Part shown: piece by piece, positions 23,851 to 38,000 of the stretch
Layout: every line of letters begins with the position of its first letter
How positions within the stretch are numbered: position 1 is the stretch's first letter
NCBI RefSeq assembly: GCF_018350175.1
Contig: NC_058383.1
Coordinates: 30,506,001-30,570,000, forward strand
DNA length: 64,000 bases
Origin: Felis catus
Lineage: Eukaryota
Direction: 5' to 3'
Program-made: the position numbers and the translations under genes
Notes under the pieces: model-generated
The model's database searches: none
The model's input: only the letters and a program-made list of their open reading frames with translations
What the model was told of the DNA's origin: nothing

Positions 23851-26800
23851 CATTTTTATGTTTCAAGTTTTTTCTTTTGTATGTGCAAAATGTTTCACCG
23901 TAAAAAAAAAAAAAAAAAACAAAAAAAAACAACAACAACAACAGAGAGAGAGAGAGAAACTTTAAAATAAAAATAAGAATACATAAATAGCCACACCTTA
24001 CAGACCAAACAAAACATGCCTGCATGGTTGGGTAATCACAGCCGGCCACTGTTTGCAGTCACTTGTCCCGATCCACAGTGGCTGGCTGTAATGCTGCTCT
24101 GGCTGGTGAATGAGGGTCTCTGAAGCTCTTCTGATATCGTGGGTGAGACCCCCGCAGCTCCCAGAGTTAGCGACTTTCTCCTGTTATCAGGTCCCAGTCG
24201 GACCAGAAGGGAGCAGCCAACATGCCCAGGACTCTGGGTCTGAAAACCGACATCACGGAGGCCTCTTCCGGGATACCACAAGCGCACGGGTCACCAGGAG
24301 CAATTGGTGACCTAGGGGTGCTTTCCGATGAAATGAGAATGAACCCCTCATCTCAGTGACCCGCACAGCCCAAGACAAAATAAATTAAGAGGCTGTGGCT
24401 GAGACGTTAATTGCACCCAGAAGCTCTCAGGTGGCTGGGTGCACCCCACCCAGGTACCCCCTGGCCCCCACAAGCAAAACCCAATAAGCTCATGGCTGTG
24501 GCCGGGACTTGAAATGAACAACTGCACACACACAGTGCAACATGCATTTGGACGGTCCTTGGGGCAGCCCCCAGCACCACAAATACACAAAGCAGAAATA
24601 CGTGCTGAAAACACACAACCAAATGCAAATAAGGGAGTGGCCTTGGATTAATTCATCCATTCCCAAGAATGTAAAAAATAGTCCCAAACTCGAGAACGGT
24701 CTTCCTCAAGAACGTCAAGGCCACTTTTGAAGAGCCATCCAGGGAGACTGTTACATGCGGATTTCTGGGGCTCATCCCAGACCTTTACTGACCCAGAACC
24801 TTTCCGGACAGAACACAAGAATGTGCATTTTAGGAAGCCCCCACCCCCATCCAATGCTCACTGGCACTGAAAACACCGTTGAAATCAGGGGCCTGGGGAC
24901 TGCAGTTTTATAACTGTGTGACCTTGGAGAAGCCATCCCTGAACCGTGATTTTCTCATCTATCAGTGGGAATTGACAGCACTTGTCTCCTAGGGCAGCTG
25001 TGCACACTAAAGGCGTGTTTACACACACATGCACGTGCACACACACACACACCCCTAATACGGTGCTTGGCAAATGTTCCTTCATCTTCTGTAATGGTAA
25101 CTGTCCACACGCTGGAAAACCTAGAGAGCTTTACAAAAGTACACAGACTCAGCAACCCTAGAGATTCTGATGGAAATTGTCGAGGGCGGGGCCCCTAGCA
25201 ACACGATTTTTTTTTTTTAAAGCACTCCAGGTGGTCCTAAACAGCAGCTGGGGTTGAAAACCACAGGGTGGAAACTGCCAATAAAAATCAACTATCCTTT
25301 CTCTTCAAGAGAATGTACTTCTACCGCATTCTGGAATTTCCAAAGTGTACCCGGAGAGTCCTGTGGCCAGGCTCTGTTATCAGAGGACTGGGTGCCCCGC
25401 GATGCCACCCCCAAGCAGCCCTTTAGTGGTCCCTGCAGAAGTGGCCACAACTGACCAAGCGGCGGGGGGGGGGGGGGGGACTCTTTTTCTCCAGACAAGA
25501 GCTGCAAGGTGGCAGGACAGGAATGGGAGTCGCTCCTGGGCCCTCAGGTCGGCGGTGGAGCGCTCTCGACAGGAATACCCAGATCACGCGGAGCCTGAAG
25601 ATCACACATCACCTTCTCCCGCCGCAGGCCAAAGGGAGCCGCCCACCCTTAGCTCCACTGGCACCCTCCCACCTCCCCTTCTCCCGCCTTTCCTCCCCTC
25701 CTCCACCCCCCACCCAAACACCCAGGAGGGCTTCTGTAAGCGCTGCTTTGCAAGGGAAAGGCTCAGTGGATACTTCAGCAGAGGAATTAACCCGAATCTG
25801 CAAGGCAGGCTACCTATCCCTGGGGGACTCTCTCCCTACCAAGGCGACACCCGCCGCCTGCCGCAGTCCTGCCTCGGTACTCTTCCTTCACCTCAACACA
25901 GACCCCGGGAAGCTACAGGGACTGGCGGGGACTGCGGGGAAGTGAAACTCCGGCCTGTGGGGCTTGGCGACAGGGCTTCTTGGGGGTGCAGGAGGTGGGC
26001 GGGGCCAGCGTGTTACTCGCTCAGTGGGTCAGGGTTTCCTGAATCCCCTGGAAGCTTACTTTTGTGCTTCAAGACCCCAACATCCACCCACCCCTCCCTG
26101 CTGACCCAAACCAAGAGGAACTTCCTCACCTCTTGCCCCAAATCCCTCCCCTCTGGGGAAAAAAAAGAATCATCGGATACTCTGCGTATAAATAGAAAAT
26201 AATTACTAGTGAGGTGGTAATGTTCCTTCGCCTATTTTTGGTGGGTCTCTTTGTTCAGATGTTTTAGGCAGGCGCACGGAGCTCGTGCATCCACACGAGC
26301 ACACATGGGCCCCCGCCGGAGGTGTGGGGAGGGTGTGTGTCTGGGGGGGGGGACCCATGGCGACCCCCGTTGCCTACACTCGGCAAGAAGATCGAGCTAG
26401 CTAGCGCCCAGCCATCCAGCCGTTCCAAGACCGCCAGTCGCTCCCCAACCCCGCCCGCCCAGACCTCACGCCAACCCTGGCCTCCGTCGGGTCTGGGGGC
26501 TGGGTCCTGGGGGTTGCGTTCTCGGCCTCCAAAGTTACTGGGTTGTGCGAATCAATTTAGACACTTTTAAAAAAAGCAAAAGGCAAATAGCTCCATTAAT
26601 CCCCAAATGCCTTCTCCCATCTGCTGCGACTTGCTGGCGCTGGGACTTGCATAATGAATAAGGCAACCAGGAAAGTTGACGAATCAGGGGGGCGGGAGGG
26701 GGGCTCCCGCCCTTGGAGTCCGCGCCAACCCCCTGCAAGGGGCGCAGCGAGCGGCGAAGGCCCCGGCCCCCAGCAGGGAGAAGTGGCGACGGCGGAAAGG

Positions 26801-27106
26801 GGCGAGGGGTACGGGTGGCCGGGAGGCAACCGAGGTCCCGATTCCGGGGACCTGGCAGCTCAGGGAGAGAGAGGCGGCCGCTCCAGGCAAGGCTTTTGTT
26901 CTCGCCCTCCCTCCCCTCTCTCTCTCTCCACCTCCCTCGCCTCTTTTTCGCGAGCCTTACGAGTTGCAGGCGGCACACACTCCTTCCCTCCCTCACACAC
27001 ACACGCGCGCGCGCGGGCTCACACACGCCCCCCTTCCCTTTCGGGCCCGCCTGCCCTGTTTACCTAGAAGCTAGCGTCTGGAATCCGAGGGGTAGACCCC
27101 TCCTCA

Positions 27107-28282
<1,176 letters not shown>

Positions 28283-28439
28283 CTACGGGGAGAGGCGGGG
28301 GCCGGAGAGCAGGGGAGCGTCGGTCTGTCCGCGCCTCGCCTTGGCCGGCGGCTCCGGACTCGCCGCCCTGCGCCGGCTCGCAGGATCCCTCTCACCTCTC
28401 CAGCTCGCCAAGTGCGCTGGAGAGAGCGAAGCAACACTT

Positions 28440-28680
28440 GTGGAATGAAGGGAGGGCAGGAGGAGAGGGGGAGGGGGAGGGGAAGGAGGGCGGGCAGAGG
28501 AGGGACGGGGGGGTGGAACGGGCGCGAGCTCGAGAGGGGCGGGGGCGCGGAAGAGGTGACTCGGGCGGGCGGGGGGGGCGGGAGCGAGTTGGGGGGCGTG
28601 CGGAGCTGAGCTAGGCTGGCGGGCGGGGAGGAGGGAGCTTCGGCAGCCACCGGGGCTGAAGGCACCGCTCGGGTTTCCCG
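28440..28680 (-). promoter_or_regulatory. Probable TATA-less GC-box core promoter of SHISA9
   Basis: GGGGCGGGGG Sp/KLF box at 28536-28545, CGGAAG ETS-like core next to it and long G-tracts, about 450-650 bp upstream of the ATG. The TSS itself cannot be determined from sequence. Confidence 0.6.
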
Positions 28681-31600
28681 GCAGGTGGAGGATGGCTGCG
28701 GGACCTCCCGCGCCCTCTCCGGGAGGGAGGCACGGCTCAGACCTGTTCCGGGCGAAGAGGCGGCTCCGCCCGTGGCTTTTTCAGGCGTGCGTGCGGAGGA
28801 GCTGCGGCTCCAATCTGCCCTCCAGGGAAGAGGGGACTCAGAGGGGTTAGGGACAGACTAAGTGGCTTCCACTCCAAGGCGGACTGGGGTACAGACTGAT
28901 CAGGATCGCCCCTCCATGGTGCACGGGGCCGCCTCGCCCTTCCTTTCCCCCGAATGCGCCCTCCAGCCAGGCGCGCATCCGGGATGGTTCTACTCCCTGG
29001 GACTTGCCGAGGACCAAGGCTCAGCTGGGAAGGCGGGGTGCCAAGCCACTGGCCCCGAGGTCAGCACCCCCGGGAGAAGGCCGTGAGATGAAGTGAAGTC
29101 GAAGAAGCGCAGGGGGTAGGGAGAGAGCAGACCAGGCAGGGGCACGTCCCACGTCCTGGAACGTCTTTCCTTGGGACTCTCCTAGGCCCCAGGACCTGCC
29201 ACTTCTGTCCCTCTATGACCTCGCGGCGTTCCCTGTGTTCCACAGGAGGGCACACCGCCGCGCCTCCTCTGCGCGCCCAGATCCGGTGCAACGCAAGGCC
29301 TGGACACCTAGCTTCAGCCACCCTCCCGCGCCTGGAGTCCGCGCGTGGGTCTCCGGAGACGGCTGGCGCCTGTGCTCACGGAGCCCCCCAGACATCCTCA
29401 CCCGATGTGGCGCAGTCCGGCCTTGCTTCCTCGGCTTCCAGCCTCCGGTCGTCGCCCGTCAGCATTTCCAAATCTGCCCTCTCCACTCAGCAGATTCCAG
29501 CCATACGTCGGCCCTCTCTCATTTCTCCCACTTCTGTCCTCTGCTTGAATTTGACTCCAATAGCCCCCCAAACAGCATTTGCACCAAAGCTGCGACACCG
29601 AATTTAGATCTCCACACGCCCCTGCGTTTTTGTTTTTTTAATTGCATTAACTAAGTATACACTTTGCAGTCGGCTGGGCGATCTGCAGGGAAATGATGCC
29701 TCCAACCACCCCACCCCCTGCCCTGGGCTTCAGTCAGGGGCTTCTCGAGGCATTTTCAAAGCACCAAAAAGTTGGACCACGTATAAAATGACATGGTGGG
29801 TTCTCTTTAACTGAAAAAGCACGCTAGAGAGGTGGTTGCTGGCCTCTCTTGTAAGTTTTCTCAGAATGACAGGGAGCTAAGCTAATTGTGCCTTCTCTTC
29901 GAAGAATGTCACCTACTGTCTTCCGAAAGACTAGCATAGAATGACCCTATTCCAGGAAAATACGAACCAGGCCGACCCTGACCCAGCATATCCAGGAGCA
30001 TGCCAGCCCTCGGAGACTCACTGAATTATGGGCTGTAGTTTGTCCCAAACCCACCTGGACAAGGTGTGAGATTGTTCAGTCTAAATGCATCAGAGCCATC
30101 GGAATGAGGTTCCCGAAATAGGGTAGTGTGACATGTCTGTCGACCCACACCCACCACCACTGTGTGAGCCTCTACAAACACAAGCATTGGTGTGTGAGAG
30201 CTAATGATAGCTGACATTTATTCGATGCTTACAACATACCCACTAAGCTTGTCTTTTCTAAAATCACCTCCTCACAGATGCTCAAAGCAGTGCCTGGCAT
30301 CTCGCAGACAATCTGGGAATAGTTGCTAAACCACTTGAGTGACTGATCTTATTTAACTCTATCTCTAGGTAATATTACCCGGCCCACACAACAGAGGGAG
30401 AGACTGAGGCCCAAAGCAATTAAACCAATTGCCCACAGTAGTGCAGCAGGGGACGCTACCCAGTTGGCATTTGACCCAACAAATGTGACTCCTGGGTCTG
30501 TGTTCTAACCATTCCAGGTAGTGCCTTCCTAAAATAGGCCTCCAGACTCCCTGTCCATCTGACATTACGTTATATATTTGGTTTTTGCCTGTCTCCTGTC
30601 TCCGCACATCGAGCGGTAAACTCCAGGACAGAAAGGGGCCTTGATTCCTGCAGCATCTCCCAGCACCTACAGCAGCGAGAAGCATGACAAACACTCAAAA
30701 AATACTTAGAGGCTGTTTTGATTAACTTACTAAGCTCTCTTACGCAAGACCGTTGGTGTTAAACCAAGGGAGGAAAGGAACCCATACGACAGGAACAGAC
30801 AATGGAGTTTCTGCTGTCAGGACCACGCAGAGGGATTGGGATATTTCTAGGCACTAAATCAGAATAGGAAAGGACTGTTCCAGCAGGCCTGCCGAGGTCC
30901 AGGAAGCTGAGGCTCAAAGAGGTTAAGGGTTTTGTCCCAAGGTCACATGGTCAGCAAATGGGAAAGCCAGGGCTGGGTGCAGAATGCCAGACTCCTAACC
31001 TCTGCTTTCCTGCTTGCCCACCCCCACCGCACCCCACCAAGGCACCTCCCAGCAAGCATAGGGCTGGAAGCCTAGGTCAGTGGCCTGGTAGAAGAATAGG
31101 TCATAGACACCTTCCCACAAGAGTTGGGGGTATTCAGATACTTCTAAATTTGATTTTAGGAAAGAGGGAAAAAAAGCACCTTCGCCAAAAGAGACAAAAT
31201 CTAGACAGCAAAGTCCATTTTAGAATGTCTCCAATCTCTGTAAAATATTGCCTGTCACCAGAACATTTGAGTCCGGTTCTCAGAGGAGACTCACTCTGGC
31301 TGCTGTTCCCGGCTTTAATTAACAGAGACTGCCCCCTGTTTGTCACAAGGAGAGTGCAGGGAGCCTGCTTCAGAAAGAAGCCGACCTAATAGACCGACCT
31401 TCGCGGCTTATTTGCCAGATCCCAAACTCTAAATCTGCTCCCCCTGTGAGCTTCGCCCAAAGCGAATTCCCTTGCTGTTCCCGCCTGCCCCTCTGGAATA
31501 TCGCCCACACCTGTTTCCCAAGCCTTTGAAAAATATGTACAAGAATTGGGGAATCAGGCTTATTTTACTCTTTAAAGGAAGAAAGCCACTTTCCTCTGGG

Positions 31601-32232
31601 TATGTCAACTCAGTAAATAGAGTCACTGCCGCCTAATTGGTGTGTGATTATTGAGAACATGTCCCCATTTAGAACACGTGGTTGAGAAAACATTTCTTTC
31701 AGGGTTCCTCACCGGGAGGGGTGCGGTGTGGGGGGGATGGTTATTAACTTCCTAATTGAAACACCTGTCAAGTTCATGGAAGATGAAAAATCATCATCAA
31801 AGACCACCCCCCACCACTACCCAAATGAATTCATGCAAATGTGTTGAAATTAAAACACAGCTCTTAATGAAAGTGCTTTCTATGAAAGAGATGATGACAT
31901 TATTTACAAGACAGGCACTTTTAATACCTAAAGAAGAATCTCGTTTGCTCTAGGCTTAATTATGTCAGTCTGCAGCACCATTTGCAAGGAGCCTGCAACC
32001 GTACTCCCAACAATTAAGGGGGAAGGAGCGATGTTACAAAGGAGGTTTGCTCACCAGGACTCGGAGCCCGTGTCCCTCTATAAGCAACTCCACAAATCAG
32101 ACTATTTGTGTTGTGGCCCTCACCTGAAGGCGTTGATTGTTAATAGTCCTCATCAGGTGGCTTTTAGGGTTTCAAAAAGGTTTCTTAGCAACTGTTAGCC
32201 TTGAGAAAAAAGAAATGAGAGGACTCGGAAGC

Positions 32233-32677
32233 TGTTGGTTCGAAACCTTAAGAGCTACCTGAGGGCTGGAGGGGGGGCGGGGAATCAAAACTGGACTCCC
32301 ATATACAGAGCGTAAGGAGAGACCAAAGAAGGGGGCAGATGTCTCCAGATGGGCAGGTGGTGGGGGTAATAAGCTAGGGAACTTACAAGGCCTGCCCTGG
32401 GCCCTGCAAGGCGAGTGGATCTCTGCAACTGCCTGCCAGAATCTTACAAGTTTATATTACACAGAGCTCGCAACGGGGGTCAGTAGTATATTGTCCAGAT
32501 GGTCTTAACAGCACTTTGCTCTCCCAAGGCTGCATCCTTGAAGCAGACTCCTAGTGCCAGAACAGTGGGTGGAATATACATTGCAAGGACAGAGGAGGGG
32601 GTGGCGAGCCTCTGATTGCCCACCTCCAGCTCAGGGGTCAACTGGAGGTCATGTCCCCTGGATGACTTTCTCCAACA
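32233..32677 (-). mobile_element. Solo LTR (445 bp)
   Basis: TGTTGG...CCAACA termini, 5-bp TSD GAAGC (32228-32232, 32678-32682), TATAAA on the minus strand near 32452-32457; homologous to the copy at 56919-57280. Confidence 0.85.
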
Positions 32678-33009
32678 GAAGCCAAAATGTGGCCAGCTCC
32701 TTGCCTTGCGGGGGCAACACACTGATTTGATGTATTTTATTCTCTTTTTCTGAAAAGAAAAAGGAAGATAAAAGATAAACTACAAGAGAAGTGAAGCGGG
32801 TCTAAAGTTGGGTTTCCCCAGACTACAAGTAGTAGGTGAGAGGTTTTTTGGTGGTACCCAAACATGTTTTTTTTAACAATTTTATATTTATTTTTAATGT
32901 GTGTCAGAAAAAAATAACGACACGTCCACACTTGGCTTCATGGGCAGAAACGTTTCAGGTGCACGTCAATTTAAAGTACATTTAAGAAGAAGAATAAATA
33001 CATTATAGT

Positions 33010-33415
33010 ATTTATTTATTTTTGAGACTGAGACAGAGTTTGAACAGAGAAGGGGCAGGGAGAGACGGAGACACAGAATCTGAAGCAGGCTCCGGGCTCT
33101 GAGCTGTCAGCATAGAGCCCGACTCGAACCCACAAACTGAGATCATGACCTCAGCCGAGATGAAGAGCTGGAGGCTTAACCGACTGTGCCACCCAGGCAC
33201 CCCCTTTTATTTAACATTGTTTAAATGTTCATTTATTTTTGAGACAGAGTGAGTGGGGGAGGGGCAGAGAGAGAATGGGAGACACACAATCTGAAGCAGG
33301 CTCCGGGCTCTGAGCTGTCAGCACAGACCCAGATGAGTGGTTCGCACTTACAGACCATGAGATCGTGACCTGAGCCAAAGTACTCGCTTACCGGGCGGAG
33401 CCACCCAGGTGCCCC
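33010..33415 (-). mobile_element. Two tandem SINECs (33010-33204, 33205-33415)
   Basis: Two consecutive reverse copies, each ending ccacccagg.....cccc. Confidence 0.92.
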
Positions 33416-33721
33416 AGTGATATTGACATTTTAGAGTGGATCATTCTGTGCTGTGGGGAGCTGGTGTCGGGGGGCTGTCCCGTGCATCGTAGAAGGTTCA
33501 GCAGCATCCCTGGACTCTACCCACTAGATGCCAGTAGCACCTCCCAGTTGCCACAAACGAACACTGTGGATGAGCAGACACTGTGAAATCGATTGACATC
33601 TGCCCCGTGTTGAAATCCTAGTTCTTTCTCATATGAGGTTTATGACCTCAAATGAGTCACTTAACCTTTCTAAGCCTGAGTTTCCCCATCTATCAGATGT
33701 GGCTAGGAACGGTGCTTTCCT

Positions 33722-33898
33722 GGGGCACCTGGGTGGCTCAGTCCGTTAAGCCTCTCGGACTCTTGATTTTAGCTCCGATCATGATCTCATGGTTCATGAG
33801 TTCAACCCTGTGTTGGACTCGACGCTGACAGTGTGCAGAGCCTGCTTAGAATTCTTTCTCTCTCTGCCCTTCCGCCATGCACAGGTGTGCTCTCTCAA

Positions 33899-33945
<47 letters not shown>

Positions 33946-33962
33946 AAACTTAAAAAAAAAAA
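33722..33962 (+). mobile_element. SINEC with an expanded (TAAA)n tail
   Basis: TSD ggtgctttcc; (TAAA)n at ~33897-33945. Confidence 0.92.
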
Positions 33963-33981
33963 GAGTGGTGCTTTCCCCAGG

Positions 33982-34033
33982 AATATTACAAACACTCCAT
34001 ATCTTCTAATATTACAAACACCCCATATCTTGC
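33982..34033. repeat. 26-bp tandem duplication
   Basis: aatattacaaacac(t/c)ccatatctt.. x2. Confidence 0.85.
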
Positions 34034-34447
34034 ATAGAGCGCTTGGCACGGTGAAACGGACCTTAGGCAGTGCTTAGTAAAGAGTCACTCTTATGACAGC
34101 CAACCTGAAGGAGGCTAGCAGGCGTCAGGCACTGCCCTGAGCCCTGGGGAGACCAAAAGCTGAGACAAGATCCTTGCTCTCCATGCAGCAACCCATGCTC
34201 AGGAGGGCCCCATGCTTTGTCTGCTGCTCTGCCGTTACCTTGTAACTCAAATGATTTCTGAACACAGGGCCTCACCAATTCTGCAGCCTGTCCTCTATGT
34301 AGGGGACGCAACTCTGGCAGAACGAGAGGCCAAGCGCGTGGGAACTTACAGGAGGATGTTTCGCTCAGCCTACACAGGAAAAGGCTTCTCAGAGGGGACA
34401 TCCCAGCAACATGTAAGCATTCTCAGTAACATAGCAAGAAGAATTTT

Positions 34448-34564
34448 TTTTCTGAGTAGGCTTTATGCCTAGTGTGGAATCCAATGCTGGTCTTGAATTC
34501 ACAACCATGACATCAAGACCTGGGCTGAGATCAAGTTTTACCAATGGAGCCACCCAGACACTCC
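34448..34564 (-). mobile_element. Older short SINEC subfamily copy
   Basis: TSD catagcaagaagaatttt (34430-34447, 34565-34582); lacks the (CT)n linker. Confidence 0.8.
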
Positions 34565-34600
34565 CATAGCAAGAAGAATTTTGGTATATTCTCTTTTTTT

Positions 34601-34816
34601 TCTTTTAAATTTTTTTTAACATTTATTTATTTTTGAGACAGAGAGAGAGCATGAACAGGGGAGGGTCAGAGGAAGAAGGAGACATAGAATCTGAAACAGG
34701 CTCCAGGCTCTGAGCTGTCAGCACAGAGCCCAACGCAGGGCTCGAACCCACAGACCGTGAGATCATGACCTGAGCCGAGGTCGGACGCTTAACCGACTGA
34801 GCCACCCAGGCACCCC
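34601..34816 (-). mobile_element. SINEC inserted at the L1 tail/TSD junction
   Basis: TSD tattctcttttttt (34587-34600, 34817-34830). Confidence 0.95.
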
Positions 34817-35079
34817 TATTCTCTTTTTTTTAATTTTAATTTTATTTATTTTTTTAATTTACATCCAAGTTAGTTAGCATATAGTGCAACAATGATTTAA
34901 GGAGTAGATTCCTTAATGCCCTTTGCTGATTTAGCCCATCCCTTCTCCCACAACCCCTCCAGTAACCCTCTGTTTGTTCTCATATTTACGAGTCTATTAT
35001 GTTTTTGTCCGCTCCCTGTTTTTTATTATTTTTGCTTCCCTTCCCTTCTGTTAATCTGTTTTGTCTCTTAAAGTTCTCA

Positions 35080-38000
35080 TATGAGTGAAGTCATGTGATA
35101 TATGTCTCTCTCAGACTGACAAATTTCACTTAGCATGATATCCTCTAGTTCCAGTCATGTAGTTGCAAATGGCAATATTTCATTCTTTTTGATTGCCGAG
35201 TAATCTCCATTGTATATACACCACATCTTCTTTATCCATTCGTCCATCGATGGACATTTGGGCTCTTTCCATACTTTGGCTATTGTCGATAGCTCTGCTA
35301 CAAACATTGGGGTGCATATGTCTCTTTGAAACAGCACACCTCTATCCCTTGGATAAATACCTAGTAGTGCCATTGCTAGGTCGTAGGGTAGTTCTATTTT
35401 TAATTTTTTGAGGAAACTCCATACTGTTTTCCAGAGTGGCTGCACCAGTTTGCAATGCCAAAGAGATCCTCTCTCCACATCCTTGCCAACATCTGTTGTT
35501 GTCTGAGTTATTAACGTTAGCCATTTTGACAGGTGTGAGGTGGTATCTCATTGTGGTTTTGATTTGTGTTTCCCTGATAAGTGATATTGAGCATTGTTTT
35601 CATGTGTCAGTTGGCCATCTGGATGTCTTCTTTGGTAAAGTGTCTATTCATGTCTTTTGCCCATTTCTTCACTGGATTTTTAGTTTTCTGGGTGTTGAGT
35701 TTGATAACTTTTATAGATTTTGGATACTAGCCCTTTATCTGATATGTCATTTGCAAATATCTTCTCCCATTCTGTCAGTTGCCTTTTACTTTTGCTGATT
35801 GTTTTCTTCGCTGTGCAGAAGCTTTTCATCTTGATGAGGTCCCAATAGTTCATTTTTGCTTTTGTTTCCCTTGCCTCCAGAGACATGTTGAGTAAGAAGT
35901 TGCTGCGGCCAAGGTCAAAGAGGTTTTTTCCTGCTTTCTCCTTAAGGATTTTGATGGCTTCCTGTCTTACATTGAGGTCTTTCATCCATTTTGAGTTTAT
36001 TTTTGTGTATGGTGTAAGAAAGTGGTCCAGGTTCATTTTCTACAGGTCACTTTCCAGTCTTCCCAGCATGACTTGCTGAAGAGACTGCCTTTATTCCAAT
36101 GGATATTCTTTACTGCTTTGTCAAAGATTAGTTGGCCCTACGTTTGTGGGTCCATTTCTGGGTTCTCTGTTCTGTTCCATTGATCTGAGTGTTTGTTTTT
36201 ATGCCAATACCATACTGTCGTCATAATTACAGCTTTGTAATACAGCTTGAAGTCCAGGATTGTGATGCCTCCTGCTTTGGTTATCTTTTTCAAGATTGCT
36301 TTGGCTATTCAGGGTCTTTTCTGGTTCCAAACAAATTGTAGGATTGTTTGTTCTAGCTCTGTGAAGAATTCTGGTGTTATTTTGATAGGGATTGCCTTAA
36401 ATATGTAGATTGCTTTGGGTAGAATTGACATTTTAACAATATTTGTTCTTCCTATCCAGAAGCACGGAATACTTTTCCATTTTTTTGTGTATTCTTCAAT
36501 TTCTTTCATAAGCTTTCTATAGTTTTCAGTGTATAGATTTTTCACCTCGTTGGTTAGGTTTATTCCTAGGTATTTTATGGGTTTTGGGGCAATTGTAAAT
36601 GGGATTGATTCCTTGATTTCTATTTCTGTTGCTTCGTTGTTGGTGTATAGGAATGCAACTGATTTCTGTGCATTGATTTTCTATCCTGCCACTTTGCTGA
36701 ATTCATACATCAGTTCTAGCAGGTTTTGGTGGAATCTTTTTGGTTTTCCATAGAGTATCATGTCATCTGCGAAGACTGAAAGTTTAACCTACTCCTGGCC
36801 CATTTGGATGTCTTTTATTTCTTTGTGTTGTCTGCTGAGGCTCAGGCTTGCAATAATATGTTGAATAACAGTGCTGAGAGTGGACATCCCTGTCTTGTTC
36901 CTGACCTTAGGGGGAAAGCTGTCAGTTTTTCCCCACTGAGGATGATATTAGTGTTGGGTCTTTCATATATGGCTTTTATGATCTCGAGGTATCATCCTTC
37001 TATCCCTTCTTTCTTAATGGTTTTTATCAAAAAAAGATGCTGTATTTTGTCAAATGCTTTCTCTGCATCTACTGACAGGATCATGTGGTTCCTGTCCTTT
37101 CTTTTATTGATGTGATGAATCACATTGATCGTTTTGCAGATATTGAACCAGCCCTGCATCCCAAGGATAAATCCCACTTGGTCGTGGTGAATAATTTTCT
37201 TCATGGATTGTTGGATCAGGTACACTAATATCTTGTTGAGGATTTTTGCATCCATGTTCATCAGGGAAATTGATCTATAGTTCTGCTTTTTCGTGGGGCC
37301 TTTGTCCAGTTTTGGAATCAAGGTAATTCTGGAATCATAGAAAGGGTTTGGAAGTTTTCCTTCCATTTCTATTTTTTGGAACAGCTTCAGGAGAATAGGT
37401 GTTCATTCTTCCTTAAATGTTTGGTAGAATGCCCCTGGAAAGCCATCTGGCCCTGGACTCTTGTTTTTTGGCAGATTTTTTTATTACTAATTTGATTTCT
37501 TTACTGGTTATGGGTCTGTTCAATTTTCTATTTCTTCCTGTTTCAGTTTGGTAGTTTATATGTTTGTAGGAATTTGTCCATTTCTTCCAGATTACCCATT
37601 TTATTGGCATATAATTGCTCATAATATTCTCTTATTATTGTTTTTTATTTCTTCTGTGTTGGTTGTGATCTCTCCTCTTTCATTCTTGATTTTATTTATT
37701 TGGGTCCTTTCCTTTTTCCTTTTTGATCAAACTGGCTAGGGGTTTATCAATTTTGTTAATTCTTTCAAAGAACCAGCTTCTGGTTTTATTGATCCGTTCT
37801 ACTGTATTTGTTTTTTAGTTTCAATACCATTGATTTCTGCTGTAATCTTTATTATTTCCTGTCTTCTGATAGTTTTAGGTTTTATTTGCTGTTCTTTTTC
37901 CAGTTCTTTAAGGTGTAAGGTTAGGTTTTGTATCTGAGACCTTTCTTCCTTCTTAGGAAGGCCTGGATTGCTATATACTTCCCTCTTTTGACTGCCTTTG

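Noticed and set aside
29060..29076. Second RE1-like site gtcagcacccccgggag upstream of the promoter
   Set aside because: Two mismatches in the right half-site; weak in a GC-rich context.
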